From Acinetobacter phage Mokit, in sequence record MW388002.1: a DNA stretch of 64,000 nt. The stretch is one strand, 5' to 3'. Below are positions 27,342-37,025 of the stretch, one piece after another. The translations under genes and the position numbers were made by a program. The notes under the pieces are model-generated. The model was not told the DNA's origin and did no database searches. It saw only the letters and a list, made by a program, of their open reading frames with translations. Numbering within the stretch: the first letter of the stretch is position 1; every line of letters begins with the position of its first letter.

Positions 27342-27818
27342 CTATTTGTCGTAGTAAACTTCTGCTAAACTCTTTTTCTTTTTGCCGATTGTTTGAGGAC
27401 CTGCATTTACTACGGCACCGGTAGTAGTACCAGCAGCAATGTTTGTAGGATTACCTCCAGCATCGCCTGTGACCATATCTTCAAACAAAGGCTGAAGTTC
27501 AGATTCAATCAACTGTATCTCTGATTCGGATAATCCAAACCGGGATCCAATTGCTGCTAATGAACTTGTCAATGTAGTCCAAGTAGTTGCGCCTGGAACT
27601 CTTGACAAATTGCGTTTAAGAGCTCGTACTGCACCATGAAATGGTGTATATGAACTCTTTTCTTCATCGGTTTGTGGACGTTTAATTACGTTACCTTTTT
27701 CGTCGATAACACCTGTTTCAAAAGCTTTCCATTCTTTAAAATCCTTCTGGATCAGACGGATGAAACGTAGTGCGTAAGCACTATCGACAACTGTTTTTGC
27801 TGCACCTGCTATACTCAT
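27342..27818 (-). CDS. hypothetical protein (61.1 position)
   Basis: 158 aa ORF. Confidence 0.45.
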   Translation of the reverse strand: MSIAGAAKTVVDSAYALRFIRLIQKDFKEWKAFETGVIDEKGNVIKRPQTDEEKSSYTPFHGAVRALKRNLSRVPGATTWTTLTSSLAAIGSRFGLSESEIQLIESELQPLFEDMVTGDAGGNPTNIAAGTTTGAVVNAGPQTIGKKKKSLAEVYYDK

Positions 27819-28108
27819 AATAGTCTCCTTATATCACTATTTATGAGTTGTATATTGTATGATGTATAATATTCCGAATCTTCATACTGTTTATACGAGT
27901 GGCTCACATCACCATTTGCTTCTAATGTTTCTATGAGTTTATCACGCTCAGCTGTAGTGTGAGTATGAAAAGCTAAAAGCTCACTAATTTGGGCTATGTC
28001 CATCATAAAGAGCTTTACATCATTTACAACAGTAGTGCAGTCCCAGCCATCACGACCATTAAATTCAATGTGACGCTCTTCTTTTTCGGTGACCAGATAA
28101 ATACTCAT
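27815..28108 (-). CDS. hypothetical protein
   Basis: 97 aa ORF. Confidence 0.45.
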   Translation of the reverse strand: MSIYLVTEKEERHIEFNGRDGWDCTTVVNDVKLFMMDIAQISELLAFHTHTTAERDKLIETLEANGDVSHSYKQYEDSEYYTSYNIQLINSDIRRLL

Positions 28109-28431
28109 AATAGTCTCCAGAACTTACGTGAGTTTTTAACTAGTTCTAATTCCTCTTCTGGGAATCCACTGAGAACTAAATCATCTACAGTATGTCCAAA
28201 AAATGATAGCAATTGTTTAGCACTAAATACTGCACGATCAATGCAATCTTCTGTGCTCATGACGTGTCCGTTATATGCAGTCTGAGAACAATGGTATTCT
28301 AAATTGTTACCGAATATAGTACCATCATTGTCATCAGTTCGAGTAGCACGGACCCAATATTGCACATTCCCTGAACTTTCAGTTGCGCGTACGATTTTAA
28401 CTACAACATTTTCGATTTTAGGTGTTTTCAT
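28105..28431 (-). CDS. hypothetical protein
   Basis: 108 aa ORF. Confidence 0.45.
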   Translation of the reverse strand: MKTPKIENVVVKIVRATESSGNVQYWVRATRTDDNDGTIFGNNLEYHCSQTAYNGHVMSTEDCIDRAVFSAKQLLSFFGHTVDDLVLSGFPEEELELVKNSRKFWRLL

Positions 28432-28831
28432 AGTATTTGTTAATCCAATTGGTTACATATTCATAGTCTTCATCGTTTGATGCAAGGTATTGAGCCCATA
28501 AGAATACATCTTTACGCCATAATTCCATATACAATTCAGGATCTTCTCGATACTCTACTACAGGCATCGTGGCGTCTTCATAGACAATAGGTTCATTGCC
28601 AAATACACGAAACAGTAATTCTTGGTCAATACAACGATTCTTTTCATTGTAAATTTGGTGCCCAATTGCATTTGCTCGTTCAATGTGCCCTTGTTTGATT
28701 AGCCAATCTTTCCAATCTTCCCAATCCACACAATCGTGCAAATAGTAATCCATAAAGCATTCTTGTGCAAAAGATTCCCATTCGATGATTTTAAATGCAA
28801 GTTCATTAACTTTGTTAGACATTTTGTTCAC
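28418..28831 (-). CDS. hypothetical protein (Trp-rich, 137 aa)
   Basis: ORF. Confidence 0.45.
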   Translation of the reverse strand: MNKMSNKVNELAFKIIEWESFAQECFMDYYLHDCVDWEDWKDWLIKQGHIERANAIGHQIYNEKNRCIDQELLFRVFGNEPIVYEDATMPVVEYREDPELYMELWRKDVFLWAQYLASNDEDYEYVTNWINKYYENT

Positions 28832-29192
28832 CTCGGATTTCTAGTTTTGATTGAGTTTCGATTTCACTTAATTGCTCAATCATATAGTTAATAAATTCTA
28901 ATCGTCGTGGATTGCTCCAGACTAATCGATAATTGAGGTTATATTCTTCCGGACCACCAATAGGATATGCAGTGAGGTTGCCATTGAGAGCTGGCCATCT
29001 TCTGATGATTGAGTTAACGTCAACTCCGCAGTAGAATTTGAGAGTATCTAACTTTGCGGTAGCACATACACCTGCAATCGCTATAGTATGTGTCAATTTA
29101 TCTAATAATGCATCTATATTACCAAAATTATCCCGAGCAATTTTAAGTAAACGTAGAGTCTCTTGTAAAACAGTCAATTGACTAGGTGTCAT
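28815..29192 (-). CDS. hypothetical protein (125 aa); intact member of a tandem paralog pair
   Basis: C-terminal region YPIGGPEEY...WSNPRRLEFINYMIEQL is paralogous to the translated region upstream (29195-29470). Confidence 0.5.
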   Translation of the reverse strand: MTPSQLTVLQETLRLLKIARDNFGNIDALLDKLTHTIAIAGVCATAKLDTLKFYCGVDVNSIIRRWPALNGNLTAYPIGGPEEYNLNYRLVWSNPRRLEFINYMIEQLSEIETQSKLEIRGEQNV

Positions 29193-29194
29193 TT

Positions 29195-29721
29195 CAATTG
29201 CTCCAAAACATTTGTTTCGAGAAGTTGTTCTAATTCGTCTTTAACGAATTTAAGAAATTCCCAACGACGTTCGTTTAACCAGAATGTTGGAGTTTTACGA
29301 TCAGAATCATAACGCCAACTCGATGCTAGCTCATGGTCAAATTCACGTTCACCGCCTACGGGATATGATGCAGCCTCTTCTAATCTGACACCGTATTCGG
29401 TTTTCTTTGCAAACTTAATGCATAGATATTTTGCCAGAGTAGGTAAACAATAATATACAGAGACAGTATCACTTACAGAAAAACGTCATGATCAAGTTCA
29501 ACTTGACGAAGATCTAAGAAAAAATTATTACAAACTGCAACGGTCGATCGAAATGATACATTGTTGCCTAATTCCATGAAGAAAACTTCATCACGTCTAA
29601 CGTGATATTGGATTTCGTCTTTCTTCAACAAAATCTGTTGAATAGCACTAATCAAATGTTGCAATTTTTCTCGAGTAAAATGTTGCAATTTTTCTCGAGT
29701 AAATACACGTGGGTATACCAT
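29195..29721 (-). pseudogene. frameshifted paralog of 28815..29192 (82-aa N-terminal ORF with its own RBS, then C-terminal homology continues in another frame without a start codon)
   Basis: 29473..29721 ORF (GAGGAAG RBS) ends at TAA; downstream frame encodes ...YPVGGEREF...WLNERRWEFLKFVKDELEQL, homologous to the neighbouring gene; contains a 2 x 24-bp tandem duplication. Confidence 0.4.
29656..29703 (-). repeat. 2 x 24-bp perfect tandem duplication inside the N-terminal ORF of the frameshifted paralog
   Basis: atgttgcaatttttctcgagtaaa repeated twice; encodes FTREKLQH FTREKLQH. Confidence 0.7.
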
Positions 29722-29782
29722 TATAACTTCCTCATATCTGTGTTATAGAACTATTATATCATTAACATTTGCTAAAGTAAAC

Positions 29783-29953
29783 TCAAAAATTAGAGTATTT
29801 GCACGTTTTGCAATATCGGTGATGCGCATGACCAGGCGCAGAATGGTCTGCGCATTTATCTAACGTGTTCTGGCAAACTGGGCAAATTTTATTAGGTGCA
29901 GAAAATTTGCTTTTGGCATTACGTTTAGCCTTACGACCATCTCGATTGCTCAT
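29783..29953 (-). CDS. small Cys/His-rich zinc-ribbon-like protein (56 aa)
   Basis: ATG 29953 preceded by GAGGATAG; CPVCQ...C...H..HHRYCKTC pattern; track ORF start overlaps the upstream gene. Confidence 0.4.
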   Translation of the reverse strand: MSNRDGRKAKRNAKSKFSAPNKICPVCQNTLDKCADHSAPGHAHHRYCKTCKYSNF

Positions 29954-29954
29954 A

Positions 29955-30980
29955 CTATCCTCGTTCAAATTTGCCAATACTACGTAAATAATTTTCGACT
30001 TCATAGTCCTCAAAGTCCGATTTCATTTTTGCTATATTCAAAAATGCTGTATAACTATCAAAGCATTTAATAGGAGCGATGTAGCCAACTTCATATGATT
30101 GCATCGCATCAGCAATACGTTTATGCATTGCAAATACATGATCCATATGTTCTGATAATTCTTTGAATCGCTCAGATATTTCCTTTGCTTTAGTCGCAAT
30201 AAACGCTTCAGGCCATTCAGATTCAGGCGATTCGACTTCTACCCATGTTTCATCACGAACGCCAATTTCGTTTAATTTATTATTTGCATCACGATAAAAA
30301 GATTCTGTGTTAAACACTAAACGAGTAGTTATGTTATCAACGTTTATTGTGCCATCATCATTGAGTGTGTGAATTGTCATTGAACGTGGATAACATGTAA
30401 CAATGATGTTATCCTTTTTCCAATGCTTACCAAACTCAAATCTATATGATTCATATCGACCTACAGGAGTAGGTGTCAAGACGATTTTGCCATCATGTAT
30501 CAATTGTTCAATGAATACAATAGCTTCTGCAACAGACGAAATGTGTCTAATGCCGTCAACATCTGCATGATCAGATTTATTTCCGGGCTTACGTTTGATG
30601 CTTGCACTGACTACTGCGCGATGTTCACCGTTTGTAGGTTTACCTAATAGATCCAAGGTGAGTGTTAAATTAAATTTCGAACCAGTTTCATCTTGTAGGC
30701 TAAATAATTCAATTTGTGATATCGGCGAACATACAAAGACTTCAACACGTGTGTCACGTCCAAAAACCCTGTCTTTCCACTCATATGTTGAATTTTCAAA
30801 TCGAGCAAATAGTTTGTTGAAGCGCAAAGCCACAAGGTCATCAGTGTGCTCTACTATGTGTTCAAATTTGACCCAAGTATTCAAAGGAAACTTGTCGTCT
30901 ACCGGATCCGTCATAGATTTAGCAGACTCTACCGTTTCACGTATATTTTTGCCAAATAAAAAATCACTAAACCAACTCAT
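29955..30980 (-). CDS. hypothetical protein (341 aa)
   Basis: long ORF, no family recognised. Confidence 0.55.
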   Translation of the reverse strand: MSWFSDFLFGKNIRETVESAKSMTDPVDDKFPLNTWVKFEHIVEHTDDLVALRFNKLFARFENSTYEWKDRVFGRDTRVEVFVCSPISQIELFSLQDETGSKFNLTLTLDLLGKPTNGEHRAVVSASIKRKPGNKSDHADVDGIRHISSVAEAIVFIEQLIHDGKIVLTPTPVGRYESYRFEFGKHWKKDNIIVTCYPRSMTIHTLNDDGTINVDNITTRLVFNTESFYRDANNKLNEIGVRDETWVEVESPESEWPEAFIATKAKEISERFKELSEHMDHVFAMHKRIADAMQSYEVGYIAPIKCFDSYTAFLNIAKMKSDFEDYEVENYLRSIGKFERG

Positions 30981-31102
30981 TTAATTTACTCACTTTAATA
31001 ATATGATTAAAAATGGAATCATCGAGAACGCGACAATTGTTACAACCCAGCGGAACCACTCAGGACCAATGTTGCCATACTCATCACGTTTGAAAAATTC
31101 TT

Positions 31103-31420
31103 TCATTGTATTTGCTCTACAAATGCCCAAGCTGCATGATAAACTGAAGCTCCTTTAGTGTCATTCATACAAACAACGTCAACCGGTGCAATTACTCGGA
31201 ATAAAACAGGTTCTCCGCCTATTGAATTCGCAGCTCTACCTGCGTAAACCTTTGCGAGTCCAAGATCTTCAGTAAAGAAAACTCGATCTAGATTTTTATT
31301 GCGTCCTTTTTCTGACAATGTTCCTGAAGCTTCAGGTGGAAGTAACATTGATTTGATTCCTGCAGCAGTACAACTACCATGGTAAAATACCTTTTGCGGT
31401 TCAGGAAACAAATTAACCAT
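31103..31420 (-). CDS. hypothetical protein (105 aa)
   Basis: ORF behind PeSL promoter ~31442-31483. Confidence 0.45.
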   Translation of the reverse strand: MVNLFPEPQKVFYHGSCTAAGIKSMLLPPEASGTLSEKGRNKNLDRVFFTEDLGLAKVYAGRAANSIGGEPVLFRVIAPVDVVCMNDTKGASVYHAAWAFVEQIQ

Positions 31421-31491
31421 TTTGATACTTCCAATAAATTATTTGATAGTGCTATTATAAAACAAATAATAGCACATGTAAACTTAAATTG

Positions 31492-31815
31492 TCAAATACG
31501 TTCAAATTGAGGTGTTTGTAAAAATTCCATGAGATATTCTACAACCTTATTGTTTTCATCAAAGTTTTCATTTAGGCGAGTGTTGCCTTTGAGCAACATT
31601 GAAAATTCACCGTCGAGATCAAAGTAATATTTGAATTCTCCTAAAATAAAAATAATACAATTGTATTGGCGTTCAACTTCCAAATTAGTAGCCACATTAC
31701 ACATAGCAATGAGATATTTACCTGGCTCAATGTCTAAAAGTTTTTCATGGAGTGTGCGTCCAAATTTAATTGTAGTTAATCTGTATTTGCCATTTTTAAG
31801 GATATATTTTTGCAT
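31492..31815 (-). CDS. hypothetical protein (107 aa)
   Basis: ORF. Confidence 0.45.
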   Translation of the reverse strand: MQKYILKNGKYRLTTIKFGRTLHEKLLDIEPGKYLIAMCNVATNLEVERQYNCIIFILGEFKYYFDLDGEFSMLLKGNTRLNENFDENNKVVEYLMEFLQTPQFERI

Positions 31816-31892
31816 AATAATTTACTCAATTGATTTTGGTAGAATAATTATACCACAAAAGGAAATCAGAGTAAACTGATTTCCTTTTATTT

Positions 31893-32081
31893 TTATAACA
31901 AATTAAAGTGGCGAACAAAATGTTCAATTGCAATGTACCATGATATGGGCGGCAATACGATTGCACCGAAAGTCCACCAGAAGCCTTTTGCAAGGACAAT
32001 ACCTGTGATGTAAATTGCAAAAGCAAGTAAACTAGCTAATGTTCTCATGTGTTTCTCCAATGTTAGGTGAGTATGGCTCAA
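31893..32081 (-). CDS. small membrane protein (62 aa)
   Basis: hydrophobic ORF overlapping the next gene by 50 nt; true start uncertain. Confidence 0.3.
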   Translation of the reverse strand: MSHTHLTLEKHMRTLASLLAFAIYITGIVLAKGFWWTFGAIVLPPISWYIAIEHFVRHFNLL

Positions 32082-33015
32082 TTTTGCCGATTCTTAATGC
32101 ATATTTAAATTTATCTACATATGCTACATCATACATACGTACAATTATTTCATAGTTCTCCCATGCAAAGTCTCTGAACCAACCACTAGTAATAGATGTA
32201 CAAACCTTTTCTAATGCCATCAAGAAGCTTTTATATGGATCAACCTTAAAATCATTAGGAATTTGAGAACGTTCTAAAGCCAAAACATATGTCTCTTCTA
32301 AAACTCCGAGTAAACGAATATATTGTTCACATGCAAAGAATTTTTCTCTAGAACACTCAACTTCTGCATCAGTTGCCATATAATATGTGTATGCAGGTTT
32401 TTCCATTAACTTGACTGCTTCATGAATAGAGTCATGGTCATATACATAATTGAAATTTGAATTAAAGAATTCATTTTTCTTGACATTTAATTTGACATGG
32501 TCGTAATTATATGTTTCCGCTATTCGACGTTCAATCCATCCAGTATCCCATGGGTTTGCTCCTACTGCAGGCGAACGAAGATTACGAATGGTACGCATAG
32601 TCTTCAAAAAGTGAGGGCTATCTTTAAGAAATCGGTGGGACCACTTCAATGAATACAACATATCGATAGATGCAACTTTAAAATTGATACCATTGACAAC
32701 AATAGTTGGCAGTATATCACCAGCTGCGTAAAATGCAAGTTCATACGTTGTACAATCGACTGTTTCTGCATGAGTAATTTCAAAAATGACGCCATCGCAT
32801 TTGTATGCTCGAGTATACGTTTTGAACTTTGGTGAAGCAGCATTGAATACTAGCTTACACTCGGATGAGTCCTCTTTGAGGTATCGAATAACATCATCTG
32901 CATCTTTCTTAGTCGCACAAATAACGTCGATATCTTTAGGGTTAAGGTTATGTGGAATATTAAGCCAATCGAGCTGCTTAGCTAAAGCATATGAGCCAAT
33001 AATTAAAGGAATCAT
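32032..33015 (-). CDS. putative nucleotidyltransferase-fold (Pol-beta superfamily) protein, 327 aa
   Basis: N-terminal GSYALAKQLDWLNIPHNLNPKDIDVI fits the minimal NTase GS...D.D motif. Confidence 0.45.
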   Translation of the reverse strand: MIPLIIGSYALAKQLDWLNIPHNLNPKDIDVICATKKDADDVIRYLKEDSSECKLVFNAASPKFKTYTRAYKCDGVIFEITHAETVDCTTYELAFYAAGDILPTIVVNGINFKVASIDMLYSLKWSHRFLKDSPHFLKTMRTIRNLRSPAVGANPWDTGWIERRIAETYNYDHVKLNVKKNEFFNSNFNYVYDHDSIHEAVKLMEKPAYTYYMATDAEVECSREKFFACEQYIRLLGVLEETYVLALERSQIPNDFKVDPYKSFLMALEKVCTSITSGWFRDFAWENYEIIVRMYDVAYVDKFKYALRIGKIEPYSPNIGETHENIS

Positions 33016-33188
33016 TGTGGTTTACCTAAACTGTTCATAAGTTGTTTGATGCGAAGTTGCATTTGATTAAGTTCAAACGAGATTTGAACATCAGTCTTAC
33101 TAGCATTCAAATCATCTCGAATAGAAGCAACAACTCGTTTTATTGATTTTCTTGCTTCAATAACTGATTCGATGTCTTTAGCTTTCAT
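33012..33188 (-). CDS. small protein (58 aa, MKAKDIESVIEARKSIKRVV...) not in ORF track
   Basis: ATG preceded by AAGAGGAAATTGTT; stop overlaps the start of the downstream gene (ATGA). Confidence 0.45.
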   Translation of the reverse strand: MKAKDIESVIEARKSIKRVVASIRDDLNASKTDVQISFELNQMQLRIKQLMNSLGKPQ

Positions 33189-33208
33189 AACAATTTCCTC
33201 TTAAAGCT

Positions 33209-33247
33209 TATAGGGCCATTATATCAAAACAATAGCCCTATGTAAAC
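33209..33247 (-). promoter_or_regulatory. PeSL-type early promoter (stem tagggcc/ggcccta)
   Basis: tatagggccattatatcaaaacaatagccctatgtaaac. Confidence 0.5.
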
Positions 33248-33248
33248 A

Positions 33249-33626
33249 TCAAGAATAATATTTTTTACATGCAGTGTAAATTCGTTCTAACCACTTTTCT
33301 TCAGTCATTTCACCTTCATCAAACATTGTTTCATCATAGCCGTGCTCAAGATAATTGACCCAAGACATCATAGGGATTTCTTGATCAATAACTTCATAGA
33401 TGTTACGACAATATTGTTCAAAATTGGCTGCCATTGCTTTGGCTTCAAGCTGAAATGCTACACTTTTGAAGTTGCCGTTATATTTTTGATAAATGAATTT
33501 AAATACACTATTTGCAAATATTGCACGATCATCACTAGGTGTGTCATAAAAATCATAATACATGTTAAGCCTCTGAATTAGACCAATTTGAGTTGTGCCA
33601 AACTTGTTCAATAACTCCAAAGCCAT
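33249..33626 (-). CDS. hypothetical protein (125 aa)
   Basis: ORF. Confidence 0.45.
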   Translation of the reverse strand: MALELLNKFGTTQIGLIQRLNMYYDFYDTPSDDRAIFANSVFKFIYQKYNGNFKSVAFQLEAKAMAANFEQYCRNIYEVIDQEIPMMSWVNYLEHGYDETMFDEGEMTEEKWLERIYTACKKYYS

Positions 33627-33756
33627 TTGGAGACTGGATTGAAAAATCTAGTCGTTCTTCAATTGAAAGACGTTCAGCCTCTTCAACAAGCTCTTGGATG
33701 CTTGATACCAAGTCGTTTAAGTAGCGTTGAGCGCGTACATTATCCGTTATCGCCAT
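33565..33756 (-). CDS. small protein (63 aa from internal ATG); tandem paralog of 33767..33949
   Basis: ATG 33756 preceded by AAGGAGAATACC; shares ...EE.ERLS.EERLDFSIQ.P.G.G... with neighbour. Confidence 0.4.
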   Translation of the reverse strand: MAITDNVRAQRYLNDLVSSIQELVEEAERLSIEERLDFSIQSPNGFGVIEQVWHNSNWSNSEA

Positions 33757-33766
33757 GGTATTCTCC

Positions 33767-33949
33767 TTAACAATCCTGCGAACTTGGGTGCCATTCGCCA
33801 GTTTCACCGTCATATGTACCACCCATACCATATGCGGGTTGAATGTAAAAATCTAATTCATGTTTATCTGCAAAAGCTTCGGCTTCATGGATTGCGTCAC
33901 GAATATTTTGGACTAGCTCACGCAATTTTTTATCTTCATTATTGCTCAT
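33767..33949 (-). CDS. small protein (60 aa); tandem paralog
   Basis: ATG preceded by GGAGAAATGAA; ELVQNIRDAIHEAEAFADKHELDFYIQPAYGMGG similar to neighbour. Confidence 0.4.
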   Translation of the reverse strand: MSNNEDKKLRELVQNIRDAIHEAEAFADKHELDFYIQPAYGMGGTYDGETGEWHPSSQDC

Positions 33950-34005
33950 TTCATTTCTCCATAATAGGTAGAACCATTATAACATAGTTCTACCATAAAG
34001 TAAAA

Positions 34006-35502
34006 TTAAAAGGTTAGTTTTGCTGCAAGATCATCTAATTCCGCTCGAGATGCACTTGAAATACGATGTACTTTATTCATCTCTTCAATATTTGACAATT
34101 GAATAGATTCTTCAGTAACCGGAATAGTTTCTTTAGCAGCAACACACGCTTTGATAATTATCTCGTCGGTCATTTGAGATTCTGGAATAACTGGTGCACT
34201 AGGACCATCTTCTTCATACCAGCGTTGATTACCTTTCTTGACACACAAATTAAATTTATTGAATATTGACTTATCCCCATAACGTGATTTAATTTGTTTC
34301 ATTAACTGGACGCCTTGGGTAGCTAAATCTTCGGTTTCGATCGCAGCCAAGATAAAGTCGGCAGTATGACTTAGGCCGGCAGATTCTGCGATATCACTCA
34401 TAGTGATATCAGAGTTATCCCAGCCACCACGAGTGGTCTGAGCTGCGGTCCAAATAGGTACTCGTTCTTCAACAGCTAGTGCTCGAAGTTCTTCTGCAAT
34501 AGCTTTAACAAGTGTGTATGAGTTTTCACTAAACACTTTAATTCGAGATGATGCACAGATGCCAAGATAATCTACAACAATAATATCAGGCTTGAAGGCT
34601 TTCTTCAACTTCAATTCGTTTAATAACGCCTTGAATGTTAATGCATGAGCACCTCCAATAGGATATTGTTTGATGTACAACTCTCCAAGAACATTTGCCT
34701 TTCTCCAACGTTCCATCTTAGATTTGTATTCAGGGTAACTGATTTTACCATCGTCAATGTCATCCATTGTGACATCAAGCAAGTTTGCATCAATACGTTT
34801 TGCTACAACTTCTTCTGCCATCTCCATTGAGATGTACAAAACATTTTTACCAGATTGTAAATAGTCTGCAGTAAGCGAACACAATCCTAAAGATTTACCA
34901 ACGTTTACACCAGCTAAAATAATATTCAATGTGCCAATTTCTACACCACCCTTTGTAATTTTATTTAGCATATTGAGCTTAAACGGGATTTTACGTGTTT
35001 TATTTTGGTAAGACAACCATCGAGCTTCATAGTCTTCCATCCATGAATGCCCGATAGAAGAATCGAAACAAACTGATAATGCATCTCGCATGATATCCGG
35101 AATAGCACCGACATCAGGCAAACGCTTGTCTCGTTGATTTAATGGTTTATCTGCATTCGTCTGAATTTGTACAATTTTTACAGTTGCATTGTACATTGCA
35201 CGTCGTTGCACGTATTTTTCAGTTTCTGGGACAAGCCAATCTACAGATTCAGGTTCAGTTTTAAGATTTCCTAGAAGTGTTGACACACCTTTAAAATCAA
35301 CTTCATTTAAATTTGAGTTGTTTACAACTAAATCTAATGCGACCTTTGACGGGATCCCATTGTATGCGTCAACATGAGACTTAATTGAATTATAAAGAAT
35401 TCGTGCAGGACCTTTCTCAAAATAGTCTTCTTTGAGGTATGGCCATACTCTGCCAAAATATTCTTGATTAGAAATCAATTGGCCTAAAATAACGTCTATC
35501 AT
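34006..35502 (-). CDS. 41: replicative DNA helicase (gp41, DnaB-like)
   Basis: MIDVILGQLISNQEYFGRVWPY..., GVNVGKS Walker A, VVDYLG; aligns along T4 gp41; track M1 is TTG, ATG 35502 follows AAGGGTGA. Confidence 0.85.
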   Translation of the reverse strand: MIDVILGQLISNQEYFGRVWPYLKEDYFEKGPARILYNSIKSHVDAYNGIPSKVALDLVVNNSNLNEVDFKGVSTLLGNLKTEPESVDWLVPETEKYVQRRAMYNATVKIVQIQTNADKPLNQRDKRLPDVGAIPDIMRDALSVCFDSSIGHSWMEDYEARWLSYQNKTRKIPFKLNMLNKITKGGVEIGTLNIILAGVNVGKSLGLCSLTADYLQSGKNVLYISMEMAEEVVAKRIDANLLDVTMDDIDDGKISYPEYKSKMERWRKANVLGELYIKQYPIGGAHALTFKALLNELKLKKAFKPDIIVVDYLGICASSRIKVFSENSYTLVKAIAEELRALAVEERVPIWTAAQTTRGGWDNSDITMSDIAESAGLSHTADFILAAIETEDLATQGVQLMKQIKSRYGDKSIFNKFNLCVKKGNQRWYEEDGPSAPVIPESQMTDEIIIKACVAAKETIPVTEESIQLSNIEEMNKVHRISSASRAELDDLAAKLTF

Positions 35503-35536
35503 ATAGTCACCCTTATTCAATTAGAATAATTATATA

Positions 35537-35560
35537 CCAAGATGGTCCCGAAGGACCATT
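35537..35560 (-). promoter_or_regulatory. inter-cistronic RNA hairpin with UUCG tetraloop upstream of gene 41
   Basis: minus strand GGTCC-UUCG-GGACC. Confidence 0.45.
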
Positions 35561-35562
35561 GC

Positions 35563-35901
35563 TTAATATGTAAACATTTTCTTTTTACTTTTAATGTCAG
35601 CCATTTGCAATTGAATGATATACTCTACATGCTTTGTTAATTCATCCTTTCTGTCTTCGCTTGGCGTAGAAAAATCATATGAAACACTATTAGCATTTAT
35701 TGTAATATCATGGATATACACAATATGGTCTGATCCGTCTTCAAGCTTAATCAAGATTTCTTGTTTGACATCTTTCATTGCCTCTCTAATGATACCTAAA
35801 GACTTTTCGTATAGTGCTCCGGATGGGCCTCTGCTGTCATTAGCTGTATTAAGATCTTCATCGTTAGTGGACATATTTACTCCAGAAGTGCCTTTTCCCA
35901 T
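35563..35901 (-). CDS. hypothetical protein (112 aa; gene-40 position)
   Basis: ORF. Confidence 0.4.
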   Translation of the reverse strand: MGKGTSGVNMSTNDEDLNTANDSRGPSGALYEKSLGIIREAMKDVKQEILIKLEDGSDHIVYIHDITINANSVSYDFSTPSEDRKDELTKHVEYIIQLQMADIKSKKKMFTY

Positions 35902-36995
35902 AGTGCAAATACACGTTCAGGGCGGTATTGTTCGTATAATGCATTCGCACGATTTACTCGTTGTTCAAATGTATCGGTGAAATTATTTAACGCATCAGAA
36001 TAAGCTGCAATAATTTCCTCGGATGTCATACCGTCATCAATCCATACAACTTGTGTAGTTGGATCGTGTTCTAACGTGGCATGACTATAGCCTCGTTGAA
36101 TAAGTTGTAATACTGGAACACCCTTTTCAATCGCTTCCATTGAGCCATGTTCAATAGTACCGGTATCATGACAAGTATTTACAAGAACTAGTGCTTCTTT
36201 AATTGTATCTTGGATTGCTTTACGAGGTATATCCATATGCACAAAAGGCTCTTTAAGATATTTCTTTGGAGGTGCCCACTGTCTTGGCAAGAATGCAATA
36301 ATTTTATGTGGACAATGTTTCATTGCTTCTAATGCTACATTTGTCTTTCTAAATTTTAAGTCATACCGTTGAGCTTGTACTACATATCCCTTTGATGGCA
36401 AAACTTCTGGCGGATTCTCGATTAACGTAGCTGGAAAGAAATTATCAGAGATGATGTCATTCTTAGCCCAATAATCAAAATCAATGGCACCTACCGCTAA
36501 ACGTCTGTTCATTTTTGAATAAACTTTAGATGTCAAATCTTTAAAGGTTTGAGTAGGAACTAAATTTTTACCGCCATTCTGGTGAATGAATACCGCAGTG
36601 CGCCAAATAGAAACAAGTGTGCGAATTGTAGGGTCAAGTGGAGTGGCCAATAAATTTCGAATCTTTGGTCCAAGCCCTAGTTTAATTAAACCATTGATAA
36701 CACCTTTTGCTGCCTCTACAGTTACGATAGCATCGTATTGGGAGCAATCAAGTTCTGCAATTTTTTCAATGATCTTTTTACCATGTTTTACCGTATATTT
36801 GTCAACAATCGGATAGTCAATAGAGATTGGGTTTACTTTGTAAGGTCCAAATGTTTCATCGCCAAATGCAATATAATCAATTTGATGCTTCTTGCTCATC
36901 GTTTTGATAAAGTTCAATTGGACCGATTCAAGGCCACCTGAAATATAGTTGGCATTAAAAGTAATAAATCGACATGGAATGTATAAGATTTTCAT
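35877..36995 (-). CDS. glycosyltransferase, GT-B fold (GT4-like C-terminal motif); candidate hmC-DNA glycosyltransferase, paralog 1
   Basis: ...NTCHDTGTIEHGSMEAIEKGVPVLQL resembles the GT-B E(x7)E donor-binding motif; ~45% identical to the adjacent paralog; sits in the beta-gt position next to gene 42. Confidence 0.55.
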   Translation of the reverse strand: MKILYIPCRFITFNANYISGGLESVQLNFIKTMSKKHQIDYIAFGDETFGPYKVNPISIDYPIVDKYTVKHGKKIIEKIAELDCSQYDAIVTVEAAKGVINGLIKLGLGPKIRNLLATPLDPTIRTLVSIWRTAVFIHQNGGKNLVPTQTFKDLTSKVYSKMNRRLAVGAIDFDYWAKNDIISDNFFPATLIENPPEVLPSKGYVVQAQRYDLKFRKTNVALEAMKHCPHKIIAFLPRQWAPPKKYLKEPFVHMDIPRKAIQDTIKEALVLVNTCHDTGTIEHGSMEAIEKGVPVLQLIQRGYSHATLEHDPTTQVVWIDDGMTSEEIIAAYSDALNNFTDTFEQRVNRANALYEQYRPERVFALWEKALLE

Positions 36996-37025
36996 GTTTC
37001 ATCTCAAAGAAAGTGTAGTAGTATT

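Noticed and set aside
29826-29858. GC-rich perfect hairpin (gcgcaga-atgg-tctgcgc) inside ORF 29783..29953
   Set aside because: It lies within a coding sequence that specifies a Cys/His cluster (CADHSAPGHAHH). It is most simply a consequence of codon choice, although an mRNA structural role cannot be excluded.
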